Source: Escherichia coli (GTDB taxonomy: Bacteria; Pseudomonadota; Gammaproteobacteria; Enterobacterales; Enterobacteriaceae). From it: a DNA stretch of 64,000 nt. The notes under the pieces were generated by a model. That model saw nothing but the letters and a program-made list of their open reading frames with translations, had not been told where the DNA came from and did no database searches. The stretch lies in NCBI RefSeq assembly GCF_036507355.1, contig NZ_AP027877.1. One strand, given 5' to 3'. A program made the position numbers and the translations under genes. Below are positions 13,574 through 26,789 of the stretch, one piece after another; position 1 is the stretch's first letter; the number at the start of each line of letters is the position of its first letter.

Positions 13574-13665
13574 CGTTTAATTGTTTTTTTTAATAGCGGG
13601 AATAAGGGGCAGAGAAAAGAGTATTTCGGCGACTAACAAAAAATGGCTGTTTGTGAAAAAAATTC

Positions 13666-13692
13666 TAAAGGTTGTTTTACGACAGACGATAA
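13666..13692 (+). promoter_or_regulatory. Sigma-28 (FliA) class 3 promoter of fliC
   Basis: TAAAGGTT-N11-GACGATAA about 75 bp upstream of the fliC ATG. Confidence 0.75.
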
Positions 13693-13768
13693 CAGGGTTG
13701 ACGGCGATTGAGCCGACGGGTGGAAACCCAATACGTAATCAACGACTTGCAATATAGGATAACGAATC

Positions 13769-15436
13769 ATGGCACAAGTCATTAATACCAACAGCCTCTC
13801 GCTGATCACTCAAAATAATATCAACAAGAACCAGTCTGCGCTGTCGAGTTCTATCGAGCGTCTGTCTTCTGGCTTGCGTATTAACAGCGCGAAGGATGAC
13901 GCCGCAGGTCAGGCGATTGCTAACCGTTTTACTTCTAACATTAAAGGCCTGACTCAGGCTGCACGTAACGCCAACGACGGTATTTCTGTTGCACAGACCA
14001 CTGAAGGCGCGCTGTCTGAAATCAACAACAACTTACAGCGTATCCGTGAACTGACGGTTCAGGCTTCTACCGGGACTAACTCCGATTCGGATCTGGACTC
14101 CATTCAGGACGAAATCAAATCTCGTCTGGACGAAATTGACCGCGTATCCGGTCAAACCCAGTTCAACGGTGTGAACGTACTGGCGAAAGACGGTTCGATG
14201 AAAATTCAGGTTGGTGCGAATGACGGCCAGACTATCACTATTGATCTGAAGAAAATTGACTCTGATACGCTGGGTTTGAGTGGATTTAATGTGAATGGTG
14301 GCGGGGCTGTGGCTAATACTGCAGCGACTAAAGATGATTTGGTCGCTGCATCAGTTTCAGCTGCGGTAGGTAATGAATACACTGTCTCTGCTGGCCTGTC
14401 GAAATCAACTGCTGCTGATGTTATTGCTAGTCTCACAGATGGTGCGACAGTAACTGCGGCTGGTGTAAGCAATGGTTTTGCTGCAGGGGCAACTGGAGAT
14501 GCTTATAAATTCAATCAAGCAAACAACACTTTTACTTACAATACCACCTCCACAGCGGCAGAACTCCAATCTTACCTCACGCCTAAGGCGGGGGATACCG
14601 CAACTTTCTCCGTTAAAATTGGTGGCACCAAGCAGGATGTTGTTCTGGCTAGTGATGGCAAAATCACAGCAAAAGACGGGTCTAAACTTTATATTGACAC
14701 CACAGGGAATTTAACCCAAAACGGTGGTGGTACTTTAGAAGAAGCTACCCTCAATGGCTTAGCTTTCAACCACTCTGGTCCAGCCGCTGCTGTACAATCT
14801 ACTATTACTACTGCGGATGGAACTTCAATAGTTCTAGCAGGTTCTGGCGACTTTGGAACAACAAAAACTGCTGGGGCTATTAATGTCACAGGAGCAGTGA
14901 TCAGTGCTGATGCACTTCTTTCCGCCAGTAAAGCGACTGGGTTTACTTCTGGCACTTATACCGTAGGTACAGATGGAGTTGTTAAATCTGGTGGCAATGA
15001 CGTTTATAACAAAGCTGACGGGACGGGATTAACTACTGACAATACCACAAAATATTATTTACAAGATGACGGGTCTGTAACTAATGGTTCTGGTAAAGCT
15101 GTGTATGCTGATGCAACAGGAAAACTAACTACTGACGCTGAAACTAAAGCCGAAACCACCGCCGATCCCCTGAAAGCTCTGGACGAAGCGATCAGCTCCA
15201 TCGACAAATTCCGTTCTTCCCTCGGTGCGGTGCAAAACCGTCTGGATTCCGCAGTCACCAACCTGAACAACACCACTACCAACCTGTCTGAAGCGCAGTC
15301 CCGTATTCAGGACGCTGACTATGCGACCGAAGTATCCAACATGTCGAAAGCGCAGATTATCCAGCAGGCCGGTAACTCCGTGCTCGCAAAAGCCAACCAG
15401 GTACCGCAGCAGGTTCTGTCTCTGCTGCAGGGTTAA
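13769..15436 (+). CDS. fliC: Flagellin FliC (H antigen), 555 aa
   Basis: Conserved flagellin N- and C-terminal domains flanking a Thr/Ala/Gly-rich variable central region. Confidence 0.95.
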   Translation: MAQVINTNSLSLITQNNINKNQSALSSSIERLSSGLRINSAKDDAAGQAIANRFTSNIKGLTQAARNANDGISVAQTTEGALSEINNNLQRIRELTVQASTGTNSDSDLDSIQDEIKSRLDEIDRVSGQTQFNGVNVLAKDGSMKIQVGANDGQTITIDLKKIDSDTLGLSGFNVNGGGAVANTAATKDDLVAASVSAAVGNEYTVSAGLSKSTAADVIASLTDGATVTAAGVSNGFAAGATGDAYKFNQANNTFTYNTTSTAAELQSYLTPKAGDTATFSVKIGGTKQDVVLASDGKITAKDGSKLYIDTTGNLTQNGGGTLEEATLNGLAFNHSGPAAAVQSTITTADGTSIVLAGSGDFGTTKTAGAINVTGAVISADALLSASKATGFTSGTYTVGTDGVVKSGGNDVYNKADGTGLTTDNTTKYYLQDDGSVTNGSGKAVYADATGKLTTDAETKAETTADPLKALDEAISSIDKFRSSLGAVQNRLDSAVTNLNNTTTNLSEAQSRIQDADYATEVSNMSKAQIIQQAGNSVLAKANQVPQQVLSLLQG

Positions 15437-15479
15437 TCGTCGTAAACTGATTAACTGAGACTGACGGCAACGCCAAATT

Positions 15480-15579
<100 letters not shown>

Positions 15580-15610
15580 ACATGAAGCGCAATTTGTCAG
15601 CAACGTGCTT

Positions 15611-15633
15611 CCCCGCCACCGGCGGGGTTTTTT
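15611..15633 (+). terminator. Rho-independent terminator after fliC
   Basis: CCCCGCCACCGGCGGGG hairpin followed by a T-run. Confidence 0.7.
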
Positions 15634-15755
15634 CTGCATGGAATTTACCGGTAACCCCCAAATAACCCCTCATTTCACCCACTAATCGTCCGATTAAAAA
15701 CCCTGCAGAAACGGATAATCATGCCGATAACTCATATAACGCAGGGCTGTTTATC

Positions 15756-16475
15756 GTGAATTCACTCTATACCGCTGAAGGTGTAATGGATAAACACTCG
15801 CTGTGGCAGCGTTATGTCCCGCTGGTGCGTCACGAAGCATTGCGCCTGCAGGTTCGACTGCCCGCGAGCGTGGAACTTGACGATCTGCTACAGGCGGGCG
15901 GCATTGGGTTACTTAATGCCGTCGAACGCTATGACGCCCTACAAGGAACGGCATTTACAACTTACGCAGTGCAGCGTATCCGTGGCGCTATGCTGGATGA
16001 ACTTCGCAGCCGTGACTGGGTGCCGCGCAGCGTGCGACGCAACGCGCGTGAAGTGGCACAGGCAATAGGGCAACTGGAGCAGGAACTTGGCCGCAACGCC
16101 ACGGAAACTGAGGTAGCGGAACGTTTAGGGATCGATATTGCCGATTATCGCCAAATGTTGCTCGACACCAATAACAGCCAGCTCTTCTCCTACGATGAGT
16201 GGCGCGAAGAGCACGGCGATAGCATCGAACTGGTTACTGATGTTCATCAGCGAGAAAACCCGCTACAACAACTGCTGGACAGTAATCTGCGCCAGCGGGT
16301 GATGGAAGCCATCGAAACGCTGCCGGAGCGCGAAAAACTGGTATTAACCCTCTATTACCAGGAAGAGCTGAATCTCAAAGAGATTGGCGCGGTGCTGGAG
16401 GTCGGGGAATCGCGGGTCAGTCAGTTACACAGCCAGGCCATTAAACGGTTACGCACTAAACTGGGTAAGTTATAA
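15756..16475 (+). CDS. fliA: Flagellar sigma factor sigma-28 FliA (GTG start)
   Basis: 239-aa ORF recognised as FliA (NSLYTAEGVMDKHSLWQRYVPLV...). Confidence 0.93.
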   Translation: MNSLYTAEGVMDKHSLWQRYVPLVRHEALRLQVRLPASVELDDLLQAGGIGLLNAVERYDALQGTAFTTYAVQRIRGAMLDELRSRDWVPRSVRRNAREVAQAIGQLEQELGRNATETEVAERLGIDIADYRQMLLDTNNSQLFSYDEWREEHGDSIELVTDVHQRENPLQQLLDSNLRQRVMEAIETLPEREKLVLTLYYQEELNLKEIGAVLEVGESRVSQLHSQAIKRLRTKLGKL

Positions 16476-16520
16476 CGTCAGTAAATGCCGCACTTTAACT
16501 TTGACTACCAGGAGTTCTTA

Positions 16521-17072
16521 ATGATGGTGCAGCACCTGAAAAGACGGCCATTAAGCCGCTATCTTAAAGACTTTAAACACAGCCAGACCCATTGCGCGCA
16601 TTGCCGTAAATTACTCGATCGCATTACCTTAGTTCGCGACGGCAAAATAGTGAATAAAATCGAGATTTCCCGCCTGGACACGCTGCTTGATGAAAATGGC
16701 TGGCAAACGGAACAAAAATCATGGGCGGCATTGTGCCGATTTTGCGGTGATTTACACTGCAAAACGCAGAGTGATTTTTTCGATATTATCGGCTTTAAGC
16801 AATTTCTTTTTGAGCAAACTGAAATGAGCCCAGGTACGGTGCGTGAATATGTCGTTCGTCTGCGCCGTTTGGGGAATCATCTACACGAGCAAAATATTTC
16901 CCTCGATCAGCTGCAGGACGGTTTCCTTGATGGAATCCTCGCCCCGTGGCTGCCCACCACCAGCACCAACAATTACCGCATCGCATTACGGAAGTATCAA
17001 CACTATCAGCGCCAAACCTGTACCGGACTTGTGCAGAAATCCTCCAGCCTGCCTGCTTCTGATATATATTAA
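16521..17072 (+). CDS. fliZ: Regulator FliZ
   Basis: Product starts MMVQHLKRRPLSRYLKDF after AGGAG; the listed ORF carries 12 extra N-terminal codons. Confidence 0.88.
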   Translation: MMVQHLKRRPLSRYLKDFKHSQTHCAHCRKLLDRITLVRDGKIVNKIEISRLDTLLDENGWQTEQKSWAALCRFCGDLHCKTQSDFFDIIGFKQFLFEQTEMSPGTVREYVVRLRRLGNHLHEQNISLDQLQDGFLDGILAPWLPTTSTNNYRIALRKYQHYQRQTCTGLVQKSSSLPASDIY

Positions 17073-17159
17073 ATAAGAATAAGATGTAGCGGAGTTGTTT
17101 TTGTGTTTACAAACAATGGCTCTACACTGCAAACAGACATAACAACATTCGGGGTGAAT

Positions 17160-19051
<1,892 letters not shown>

Positions 19052-19065
19052 CTCCGGGAACGCTC

Positions 19066-19734
19066 ATGCAAGAAAGTATACAACTGGTTATTGATTCCTT
19101 GCCGTTCCTGCTGAAAGGGGCTGGGTATACGCTGCAACTCAGTATCGGCGGCATGTTTTTTGGCTTACTGCTCGGGTTTATTCTCGCGCTGATGCGCCTG
19201 TCGCCAATCTGGCCCGTGCGCTGGCTGGCGCGTTTTTATATCTCTATTTTTCGTGGTACGCCGCTCATCGCACAACTGTTTATGATCTATTACGGCCTGC
19301 CGCAGTTTGGTATCGAATTAGATCCCATTCCGTCAGCAATGATTGGTCTGTCGCTCAACACTGCCGCCTATGCTGCCGAAACGCTTCGCGCCGCCATTTC
19401 TTCTATTGATAAAGGTCAGTGGGAAGCAGCTGCCAGTATTGGTATGACGCCATGGCAGACTATGCGTCGCGCGATTTTGCCACAGGCGGCGCGGGTGGCG
19501 TTGCCGCCGCTGTCAAACAGCTTTATCAGTCTGGTAAAAGATACGTCGCTGGCCGCGACAATCCAGGTGCCGGAGCTGTTCCGTCAGGCGCAGTTGATTA
19601 CCTCGCGCACGCTGGAAGTGTTCACCATGTACCTGGCGGCTTCGCTCATCTACTGGATCATGGCGACAGTGTTATCGACGTTGCAGAACCATTTTGAGAA
19701 TCAACTTAATCGCCAGGAGAGAGAACCAAAATGA
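19066..19734 (+). CDS. tcyL: Cystine ABC transporter permease TcyL (YecS)
   Basis: 222-aa polar amino-acid ABC permease. Confidence 0.9.
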   Translation: MQESIQLVIDSLPFLLKGAGYTLQLSIGGMFFGLLLGFILALMRLSPIWPVRWLARFYISIFRGTPLIAQLFMIYYGLPQFGIELDPIPSAMIGLSLNTAAYAAETLRAAISSIDKGQWEAAASIGMTPWQTMRRAILPQAARVALPPLSNSFISLVKDTSLAATIQVPELFRQAQLITSRTLEVFTMYLAASLIYWIMATVLSTLQNHFENQLNRQEREPK

Positions 19735-20483
19735 GTGCCATTGAAGTTAAGAACCTGGTGAAAAAATTCCACGGTCAGACGGTGCTGCACGGTATCGACC
19801 TTGAGGTAAAGCCTGGCGAAGTGGTGGCAATTATCGGTCCGAGTGGTTCCGGCAAAACCACGTTGCTACGCAGCATAAATCTGCTGGAACAACCCGAAGC
19901 GGGAACGATCACCGTTGGCGATATCACTATTGATACTGCACGTTCATTAAGTCAGCAAAAATCGCTGATTCGCCAGTTGCGTCAGCACGTCGGGTTTGTC
20001 TTCCAGAACTTTAATTTGTTTCCGCATCGTACGGTGCTGGAGAACATTATTGAAGGGCCGGTGATCGTCAAAGGCGAACCAAAAGAAGAGGCTACGGCGC
20101 GCGCTCGCGAGCTACTGGCAAAAGTTGGGCTGGCCGGTAAAGAAACCAGCTATCCACGTCGTTTGTCTGGCGGTCAACAGCAGCGTGTTGCGATTGCGCG
20201 TGCGCTGGCAATGCGTCCTGAGGTGATTTTGTTTGACGAGCCAACGTCAGCGCTGGATCCAGAGCTGGTGGGCGAAGTCCTGAACACCATCCGTCAGCTG
20301 GCGCAGGAAAAGCGCACGATGGTGATTGTGACACACGAAATGAGCTTTGCCCGGGATGTTGCGGACCGGGCGATCTTTATGGACCAGGGGCGGATAGTCG
20401 AGCAGGGGGCCGCAAAAGCGTTATTTGCCGATCCCAAGCAGCCTCGCACCCGCCAGTTCCTCGAGAAGTTTCTGCTGCAATAA
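19731..20483 (+). CDS. tcyN: Cystine ABC transporter ATP-binding protein TcyN (YecC)
   Basis: Walker A GPSGSGKTT, signature LSGGQQQR, Walker B ILFDEPTSALD; 4-nt overlap with tcyL. Confidence 0.92.
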   Translation: MSAIEVKNLVKKFHGQTVLHGIDLEVKPGEVVAIIGPSGSGKTTLLRSINLLEQPEAGTITVGDITIDTARSLSQQKSLIRQLRQHVGFVFQNFNLFPHRTVLENIIEGPVIVKGEPKEEATARARELLAKVGLAGKETSYPRRLSGGQQQRVAIARALAMRPEVILFDEPTSALDPELVGEVLNTIRQLAQEKRTMVIVTHEMSFARDVADRAIFMDQGRIVEQGAAKALFADPKQPRTRQFLEKFLLQ

Positions 20484-20712
20484 TAAGAAAAAATCAGCCC
20501 CGACGATTCACCTGTCGGGGCGGGACGCCATTTCAAGCCTGATAAAACTGCTTAACAAATCAGCATAACTCATTAATAACATAAGAGAATGCGATGGCTT
20601 GCAAAAGTAATTCATTGCCTGAATAATATAAATTATATATAAATCTTATTTATGTGATAGTTTGAATTATCATTATAAATGATACTCACTCTCAGGGGCG
20701 TTGCGGTTTACT

Positions 20713-21435
20713 ATGCAGGATACGGATTTTTTCAGCTGGCGTCGCACGATGCTGTTGCGTTTTCAGAGGATGGAGACCGCAGAAGAGGTCTACCATGAAA
20801 TTGAGCTTCAGGCTCAGCAGCTGGAGTACGATTACTATTCGTTATGTGTCCGCCACCCGGTACCATTCACTCGACCTAAAGTGGCTTTCTACACCAATTA
20901 CCCTGAGGCGTGGGTTAGTTATTATCAGGCAAAAAACTTTCTCGCAATTGATCCGGTGCTGAACCCTGAAAACTTTAGTCAGGGCCATCTAATGTGGAAT
21001 GATGACTTATTCAACGAAGCACAGCCGTTATGGGAAGCCGCGCGCGCACATGGTTTACGCCGCGGTGTCACTCAGTATTTAATGCTGCCAAACCGGGCGC
21101 TGGGCTTTTTGTCCTTTTCCCGTTGCAGCGCGCGCGAAATACCCATTCTTAGTGATGAACTGCAATTAAAAATGCAGTTACTGGTGCGCGAAAGTCTGAT
21201 GGCTCTGATGCGTTTAAATGATGAAATAGTGATGACGCCAGAGATGAATTTCAGCAAGCGCGAAAAAGAAATTCTGAGGTGGACGGCGGAAGGGAAGACA
21301 TCAGCAGAGATAGCGATGATTTTGTCAATCTCTGAGAATACGGTCAATTTCCACCAGAAAAACATGCAGAAAAAAATTAATGCACCAAATAAGACCCAGG
21401 TTGCCTGTTACGCGGCCGCTACTGGCTTAATTTGA
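20713..21435 (+). CDS. sdiA: LuxR-family quorum-sensing regulator SdiA
   Basis: Product begins MQDTDFFSWRRTMLLRFQ; C-terminal LuxR HTH. Confidence 0.9.
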   Translation: MQDTDFFSWRRTMLLRFQRMETAEEVYHEIELQAQQLEYDYYSLCVRHPVPFTRPKVAFYTNYPEAWVSYYQAKNFLAIDPVLNPENFSQGHLMWNDDLFNEAQPLWEAARAHGLRRGVTQYLMLPNRALGFLSFSRCSAREIPILSDELQLKMQLLVRESLMALMRLNDEIVMTPEMNFSKREKEILRWTAEGKTSAEIAMILSISENTVNFHQKNMQKKINAPNKTQVACYAAATGLI

Positions 21436-21463
21436 TCTCTTTTCTGTCCTGCGTGCCAGATGC

Positions 21464-21500
21464 AAAAACCGGCTGAAAGGCACGCTATCAGCCGGTTTTA
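21464..21500. terminator. Bidirectional terminator between convergent sdiA and yecF
   Basis: AAAAA-CCGGCTGA-loop-TCAGCCGG-TTTT hairpin flanked by A- and T-runs. Confidence 0.6.
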
Positions 21501-21502
21501 TA

Positions 21503-21727
21503 TTACTGACGGTAGGCTTGTTTAATTTGCTTAACCGTTTTGGAAAATACTGCAGCCTGGGTTTCGTCTTCGATCAGCGCAAGCTGTTTTTCCATCTTTA
21601 ACATCACGCGGCCCGCGTCAGCTTGTCCCATCGCCTGCAGCATCAGCGTCAGCATCGCTTTCAGGCAGGAGACTTCATTTGCCAGTTCTTGATTATTCTC
21701 GGCAGTAGAAAAATCAGGCGTACTCAT
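21503..21727 (-). CDS. yecF: Small protein YecF
   Basis: 74-aa ORF in the conserved position between sdiA and uvrY. Confidence 0.75.
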
Positions 21728-22185
21728 TTATTTTCCTCGTCATGTTGCAATGAAAATTTGCGGTGAAAAATGTTAAGGCGGCGGAGTATACCATAAGCTT
21801 TGCTAAAAATAGCAGTGGTTGTTTTTTGAGCGTGATATCGGCAGTGCTATAAAATACGTTAATATAATGACCAATAAATATTTTTATCATGAATGTTTTT
21901 TGCCCGTATTGTTCGGGTTAATTAATGTTACATATTCAGCGGGCTGATTTTCATTTTTGCTGAATAAAGTCAATTTTTGTCACATTTCATCGCAGGGCTT
22001 ACTGTGAAACGATCCCGGAAGCCGTTGGTGACGGGCGTGACCATAACTGTGGACAATCGAATTTACAAAAACGAGAGAAAAATCGAATACCCACCATTTT
22101 TAACGTTTCAAAGTTGCAATAAAAACCGCTAATATACGAATGACTAACTATCAGTAGCGTTATCCCTATTTCTGGAGATATTCCT

Positions 22186-22842
22186 TTGATCAACGTTCTA
22201 CTTGTTGATGACCACGAACTGGTGCGCGCAGGGATACGACGCATTCTGGAAGATATAAAGGGTATAAAAGTCGTCGGTGAGGCATCGTGCGGTGAAGACG
22301 CCGTTAAGTGGTGCCGGGCAAATGCCGTTGACGTGGTGCTAATGGACATGAGTATGCCGGGCATTGGCGGTCTTGAGGCGACGCGTAAAATCGCGCGTTC
22401 CACAGCTGATGTCAAAATCATCATGCTTACCGTCCATACAGAAAACCCTTTACCAGCGAAAGTCATGCAGGCCGGTGCTGCGGGCTACCTCAGCAAAGGC
22501 GCGGCACCGCAGGAAGTCGTGAGTGCGATCCGTTCTGTCTATTCAGGGCAGCGTTACATTGCTTCTGACATCGCTCAACAAATGGCGTTAAGCCAGATCG
22601 AACCAGAAAAAACAGAAAGCCCATTTGCCAGTTTGTCTGAACGTGAATTGCAGATTATGCTGATGATCACCAAGGGCCAGAAGGTCAATGAGATCTCAGA
22701 ACAGCTCAATCTCAGTCCGAAAACGGTGAACAGCTACCGCTATCGTATGTTCAGTAAACTAAACATTCATGGCGATGTTGAGCTGACTCACCTGGCAATT
22801 CGCCATGGTCTGTGTAATGCGGAGACATTATCAAGTCAGTGA
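22186..22842 (+). CDS. uvrY: Response regulator UvrY (BarA/UvrY two-component system), TTG start
   Basis: Receiver domain (LLVDDH...) plus LuxR-type HTH; stop overlaps the uvrC start. Confidence 0.92.
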   Translation: MINVLLVDDHELVRAGIRRILEDIKGIKVVGEASCGEDAVKWCRANAVDVVLMDMSMPGIGGLEATRKIARSTADVKIIMLTVHTENPLPAKVMQAGAAGYLSKGAAPQEVVSAIRSVYSGQRYIASDIAQQMALSQIEPEKTESPFASLSERELQIMLMITKGQKVNEISEQLNLSPKTVNSYRYRMFSKLNIHGDVELTHLAIRHGLCNAETLSSQ

Positions 22843-24671
22843 GTGATCAGTTTGACGCAAAAGCGTTTTTAAAAACCGTAACCAGCCAGCCAGGCGTTTA
22901 TCGCATGTACGATGCTGGTGGTACGGTTATCTATGTCGGCAAAGCGAAAGACCTGAAAAAACGGCTTTCCAGCTATTTCCGTAGCAACCTCGCTTCGCGC
23001 AAAACCGAAGCGCTGGTCGCCCAGATCCAGCAAATTGATGTAACGGTTACTCATACAGAAACCGAAGCGCTGTTGCTGGAACACAACTACATCAAACTCT
23101 ATCAGCCGCGTTACAACGTTTTGCTACGCGATGATAAATCATATCCTTTTATCTTCCTGAGTGGCGATACCCACCCGCGTCTGGCGATGCATCGTGGTGC
23201 GAAGCATGCCAAAGGTGAATATTTCGGCCCGTTCCCGAATGGCTATGCCGTACGTGAAACACTGGCGCTACTGCAAAAGATTTTCCCCATTCGCCAGTGC
23301 GAAAATAGTGTTTATCGCAATCGCTCGCGTCCGTGTCTGCAATATCAGATAGGGCGCTGTCTGGGACCGTGCGTTGAAGGACTGGTGAGTGAAGAAGAAT
23401 ACGCTCAGCAGGTCGAGTATGTGCGCCTGTTTTTGTCTGGCAAAGATGATCAGGTGCTTACGCAACTGATTAGCCGTATGGAAACTGCCAGTCAGAATCT
23501 GGAGTTTGAAGAAGCGGCACGTATTCGCGACCAAATTCAGGCGGTGCGACGCGTCACCGAAAAACAGTTTGTGTCCAATACCGGCGACGACCTTGACGTT
23601 ATTGGTGTGGCGTTCGATGCGGGCATGGCTTGTGTCCACGTATTGTTCATTCGTCAGGGCAAAGTGCTCGGCAGCCGCAGCTATTTCCCGAAAGTGCCTG
23701 GCGGTACGGAACTGAACGAGGTGGTGGAAACCTTCGTAGGACAGTTCTATTTACAAGGCAGCCAGATGCGCACCTTACCGGGTGAGATCCTGCTCGATTT
23801 TAATCTTAGCGATAAAACGCTGCTCGCCGATTCCCTTTCAGAACTGGCGGGACGCAAGATTAATGTTCAAACCAAACCTCGTGGCGATAGGGCGCGTTAC
23901 CTGAAACTCGCGCGCACCAATGCGGCGACGGCCTTAACCAGCAAACTTTCGCAGCAATCTACCGTTCACCAGCGGCTTACAGCACTTGCCAGCGTGTTGA
24001 AATTGCCGGAAGTGAAGCGGATGGAGTGCTTTGACATCAGCCATACCATGGGTGAACAAACCGTCGCTTCCTGTGTGGTGTTTGATGCTAACGGCCCGCT
24101 GCGTGCGGAGTATCGGCGCTATAACATTACTGGCATCACGCCGGGCGATGATTATGCGGCGATGAATCAGGTGCTGCGTCGGCGTTATGGTAAAGCCATC
24201 GACGACAGTAAGATCCCGGATGTGATACTTATCGACGGCGGCAAAGGCCAGCTTGCGCAGGCGAAAAATGTCTTCGCCGAACTGGATGTCTCATGGGATA
24301 AAAATCATCCGCTGCTACTTGGCGTTGCCAAAGGAGCAGATCGTAAGGCTGGGCTGGAAACGCTGTTCTTTGAGCCGGAAGGTGAGGGATTCAGTTTGCC
24401 GCCAGATTCTCCCGCGCTGCATGTTATCCAGCATATTCGCGATGAATCACACGATCACGCGATTGGCGGGCACCGTAAAAAACGGGCGAAGGTCAAAAAT
24501 ACCAGTTCCCTGGAAACCATTGAAGGCGTCGGGCCAAAACGCCGGCAAATGTTGTTGAAATATATGGGCGGTTTGCAAGGTTTACGTAACGCCAGCGTCG
24601 AGGAAATTGCAAAAGTGCCGGGTATTTCGCAAGGTCTGGCAGAAAAGATCTTCTGGTCGTTGAAACATTGA
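22839..24671 (+). CDS. uvrC: Excinuclease ABC subunit C UvrC
   Basis: 610 aa with GIY-YIG N-terminus ([24 protein letters not shown]). Confidence 0.95.
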   Translation: MSDQFDAKAFLKTVTSQPGVYRMYDAGGTVIYVGKAKDLKKRLSSYFRSNLASRKTEALVAQIQQIDVTVTHTETEALLLEHNYIKLYQPRYNVLLRDDKSYPFIFLSGDTHPRLAMHRGAKHAKGEYFGPFPNGYAVRETLALLQKIFPIRQCENSVYRNRSRPCLQYQIGRCLGPCVEGLVSEEEYAQQVEYVRLFLSGKDDQVLTQLISRMETASQNLEFEEAARIRDQIQAVRRVTEKQFVSNTGDDLDVIGVAFDAGMACVHVLFIRQGKVLGSRSYFPKVPGGTELNEVVETFVGQFYLQGSQMRTLPGEILLDFNLSDKTLLADSLSELAGRKINVQTKPRGDRARYLKLARTNAATALTSKLSQQSTVHQRLTALASVLKLPEVKRMECFDISHTMGEQTVASCVVFDANGPLRAEYRRYNITGITPGDDYAAMNQVLRRRYGKAIDDSKIPDVILIDGGKGQLAQAKNVFAELDVSWDKNHPLLLGVAKGADRKAGLETLFFEPEGEGFSLPPDSPALHVIQHIRDESHDHAIGGHRKKRAKVKNTSSLETIEGVGPKRRQMLLKYMGGLQGLRNASVEEIAKVPGISQGLAEKIFWSLKH

Positions 24672-24727
24672 TGTCTCTGTAGCAACATAGGGGTAATCTT
24701 ACTGACAACAGATAGTTACCCGTCATT

Positions 24728-25276
24728 ATGCAATTTAATATCCCTACGTTGCTTACACTGTTCCGTGTCATCCTTATCCCATTCTTTGTATTGGTCTTTT
24801 ATCTGCCTGTCACCTGGTCGCCGTTTGCCGCCGCGCTCATTTTCTGCGTCGCGGCGGTGACTGACTGGTTCGATGGTTTTCTGGCACGCCGCTGGAACCA
24901 GAGTACCCGGTTTGGTGCTTTCCTTGACCCTGTAGCAGATAAAGTTCTCGTGGCTATCGCCATGGTGCTGGTAACCGAGCATTACCACAGCTGGTGGGTG
25001 ACCTTACCGGCGGCAACGATGATCGCCCGTGAAATTATTATTTCTGCGCTACGCGAATGGATGGCGGAGTTGGGTAAACGCAGTAGCGTGGCTGTCTCCT
25101 GGATTGGGAAAGTGAAAACCACTGCCCAGATGGTGGCGCTGGCATGGCTGCTGTGGCGTCCGAACATTTGGGTTGAGTACGCCGGTATTGCACTTTTCTT
25201 TGTGGCTGCGGTACTGACTCTGTGGTCAATGTTGCAATATTTGAGCGCTGCGCGTGCAGATTTGCTTGATCAGTGA
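24728..25276 (+). CDS. pgsA: CDP-diacylglycerol--glycerol-3-phosphate 3-phosphatidyltransferase PgsA
   Basis: 182-aa ORF recognised as PgsA. Confidence 0.92.
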
Positions 25277-25326
25277 TCGTTTCGGCGCAATTTTCAGCAA
25301 ACGATCAAAAGTGGTGAAAAATATCG

Positions 25327-25354
25327 TTGACTCATCGCGCCAGGTAAGTAGAAT
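25327..25354 (+). promoter_or_regulatory. Putative sigma-70 promoter of the glyW-cysT-leuZ tRNA operon
   Basis: TTGACT-N16-TAGAAT followed by a GC-rich discriminator, about 70 bp upstream of tRNA-Gly. Confidence 0.5.
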
Positions 25355-25427
25355 GCAACGCATCGAACGGCGGCACTGATTGCCAGACGATAATAAAATC
25401 AAGTGATTAACTGATTGCTTGATGAAT

Positions 25428-25503
<76 letters not shown>

Positions 25504-25557
25504 GTTTAAAAGACATCGGCCTCAAGCGGATGTCTGGCTGAAAGGCCTGAAGAATTT

Positions 25558-25631
25558 GGCGCGTTAACAAAGCGGTTATGTAGCGGATTGCAAATCCGTC
25601 TAGTCCGGTTCGACTCCGGAACGCGCCTCCA
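25558..25631 (+). tRNA. cysT: tRNA-Cys (anticodon GCA)
   Basis: GGCGCGTTAACAAAGCGGTTATGTAGCGGATTGCAAATCCG...CGCGCCTCCA. Confidence 0.95.
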
Positions 25632-25643
25632 ATTTCTTCCCGA

Positions 25644-25730
25644 GCCCGGATGGTGGAATCGGTAGACACAAGGGATTTAAAATCCCTCGGCGTTCGCGCT
25701 GTGCGGGTTCAAGTCCCGCTCCGGGTACCA
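25644..25730 (+). tRNA. leuZ: tRNA-Leu (anticodon UAA), integration target of the island
   Basis: GCCCGGATGGTGGAATCGGTAGACACAAGGGATTTAAAATCCCTCGGCG...CCGGGTACCA, long variable arm. Confidence 0.95.
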
Positions 25731-25805
25731 TGGGAAACATCAGAATAATCAAAGCAATAAGCAGTGTCGTGAAACCACCTTCGGGTGGTTTTTTTGTGCA
25801 TGCAA
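25675..25805 (+). repeat. Left direct repeat (attL): 3' half of tRNA-Leu plus downstream terminator
   Basis: About 131 bp repeated with a few mismatches and a 2-bp indel at 51890-52022. Confidence 0.85.
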
Positions 25806-25969
25806 TTCACGCCCTGTGCATATCCTGTGCTCACGGGGTGCAATGAGCTGCAATCTTCAGCCTGGCAATGCCGAATCGAACGTGTCGCTTCCAGCATAGA
25901 GAACCAGGCCGCTTTGCCTGTTTTCCGGTACGCTTCCGGGAAGGGGGCCGCTGAGCAAGCTGTAATGCT

Positions 25970-26709
25970 CTAGCCACCCTGAGTACAAAGTTGCTTAATT
26001 CGTGCAATCACCTCATCTCTGTACTTCTGGTGTCCGCGCATAGCCCTTGGATGGGCAATTCTGAAACAGATTGCATTACCTGTTTTGAACTCCCATAGCT
26101 TCCCCGGAATGACTGCAGAAGTCTCATAGCCGCCCAGCTCAGTAAGCACCTGTTTTATGATGTAGTCTGTTCTCCGGGCTCCAGATGCAAAGATGATGAA
26201 ATCAGGCTCAAGGTGTTTAATTTGTACCGCCAGCAGCTTCAGCGAGGCAATATAACTTCCTGCACTTCATTTTGAGGGCGATTGAGAGGGGTCAGTCCGT
26301 CGTAATCCCACGCCAGTAGATTGGCATACACGATAGCCTGAGGAGGGATATTAAGCTCCCGGGCCAGCCTGAAATGATACTGCGTGAAGCGGCTACGTGA
26401 TTTGAGGTTAGTGGTGCCATAATTTTGTACCGGAAGATGTTTCCTGTAACGATCTACAGCTTCTTCAACCACCTGCCCGATGGTGACGTCAGGTATAAGT
26501 CCCAACACCCGTGATATCGTATTCTTACCATTCAGAGTATTCCAGCCAGCGGTTTCACGTCCAACCAGCATGATTTTTACCGGTGAGTGCCAGTATTCTT
26601 CAAAGGGCACGGGTAAAAAGACGCCTGAGTATTTATCCTCATTCAGGTTAAATGACTGGGCGTCAACTTCCTGCAATATCCGTTTGTACGCGTCTAATAG
26701 CTTTTCCAT
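25970..26709 (-). pseudogene. Uracil-DNA glycosylase-like gene (family-4-like), apparently split by a frameshift near 26239-26260
   Basis: ORF 26239-26709 (...KIMLVGRETAGWN...) continues in another frame to 25970 (...FRIAHPRAMRGHQKYRDEV...), resembling UDG motif A and the C-terminal HPS-type motif B. Confidence 0.45.
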
Positions 26710-26789
26710 TCTTCAATCCTGCCCCGTAATAAAAACACCTTCAGATATATATTATCTCCATGATATCAATCAGATACATGAGGATAATT

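Noticed and set aside
15640-15755. Possible sigma-28 promoter upstream of fliA (GCCGATAA at about 15723-15730)
   Set aside because: A -10-like GCCGATAA is present but the -35 region at the consensus spacing (TGCAGAAA) matches poorly, so I could not place the promoter confidently.
20497-20523. Hairpin after tcyN (GCCCCGAC...GTCGGGGC) as a terminator
   Set aside because: The stem is present but no T-run follows, so it was not called as a feature.
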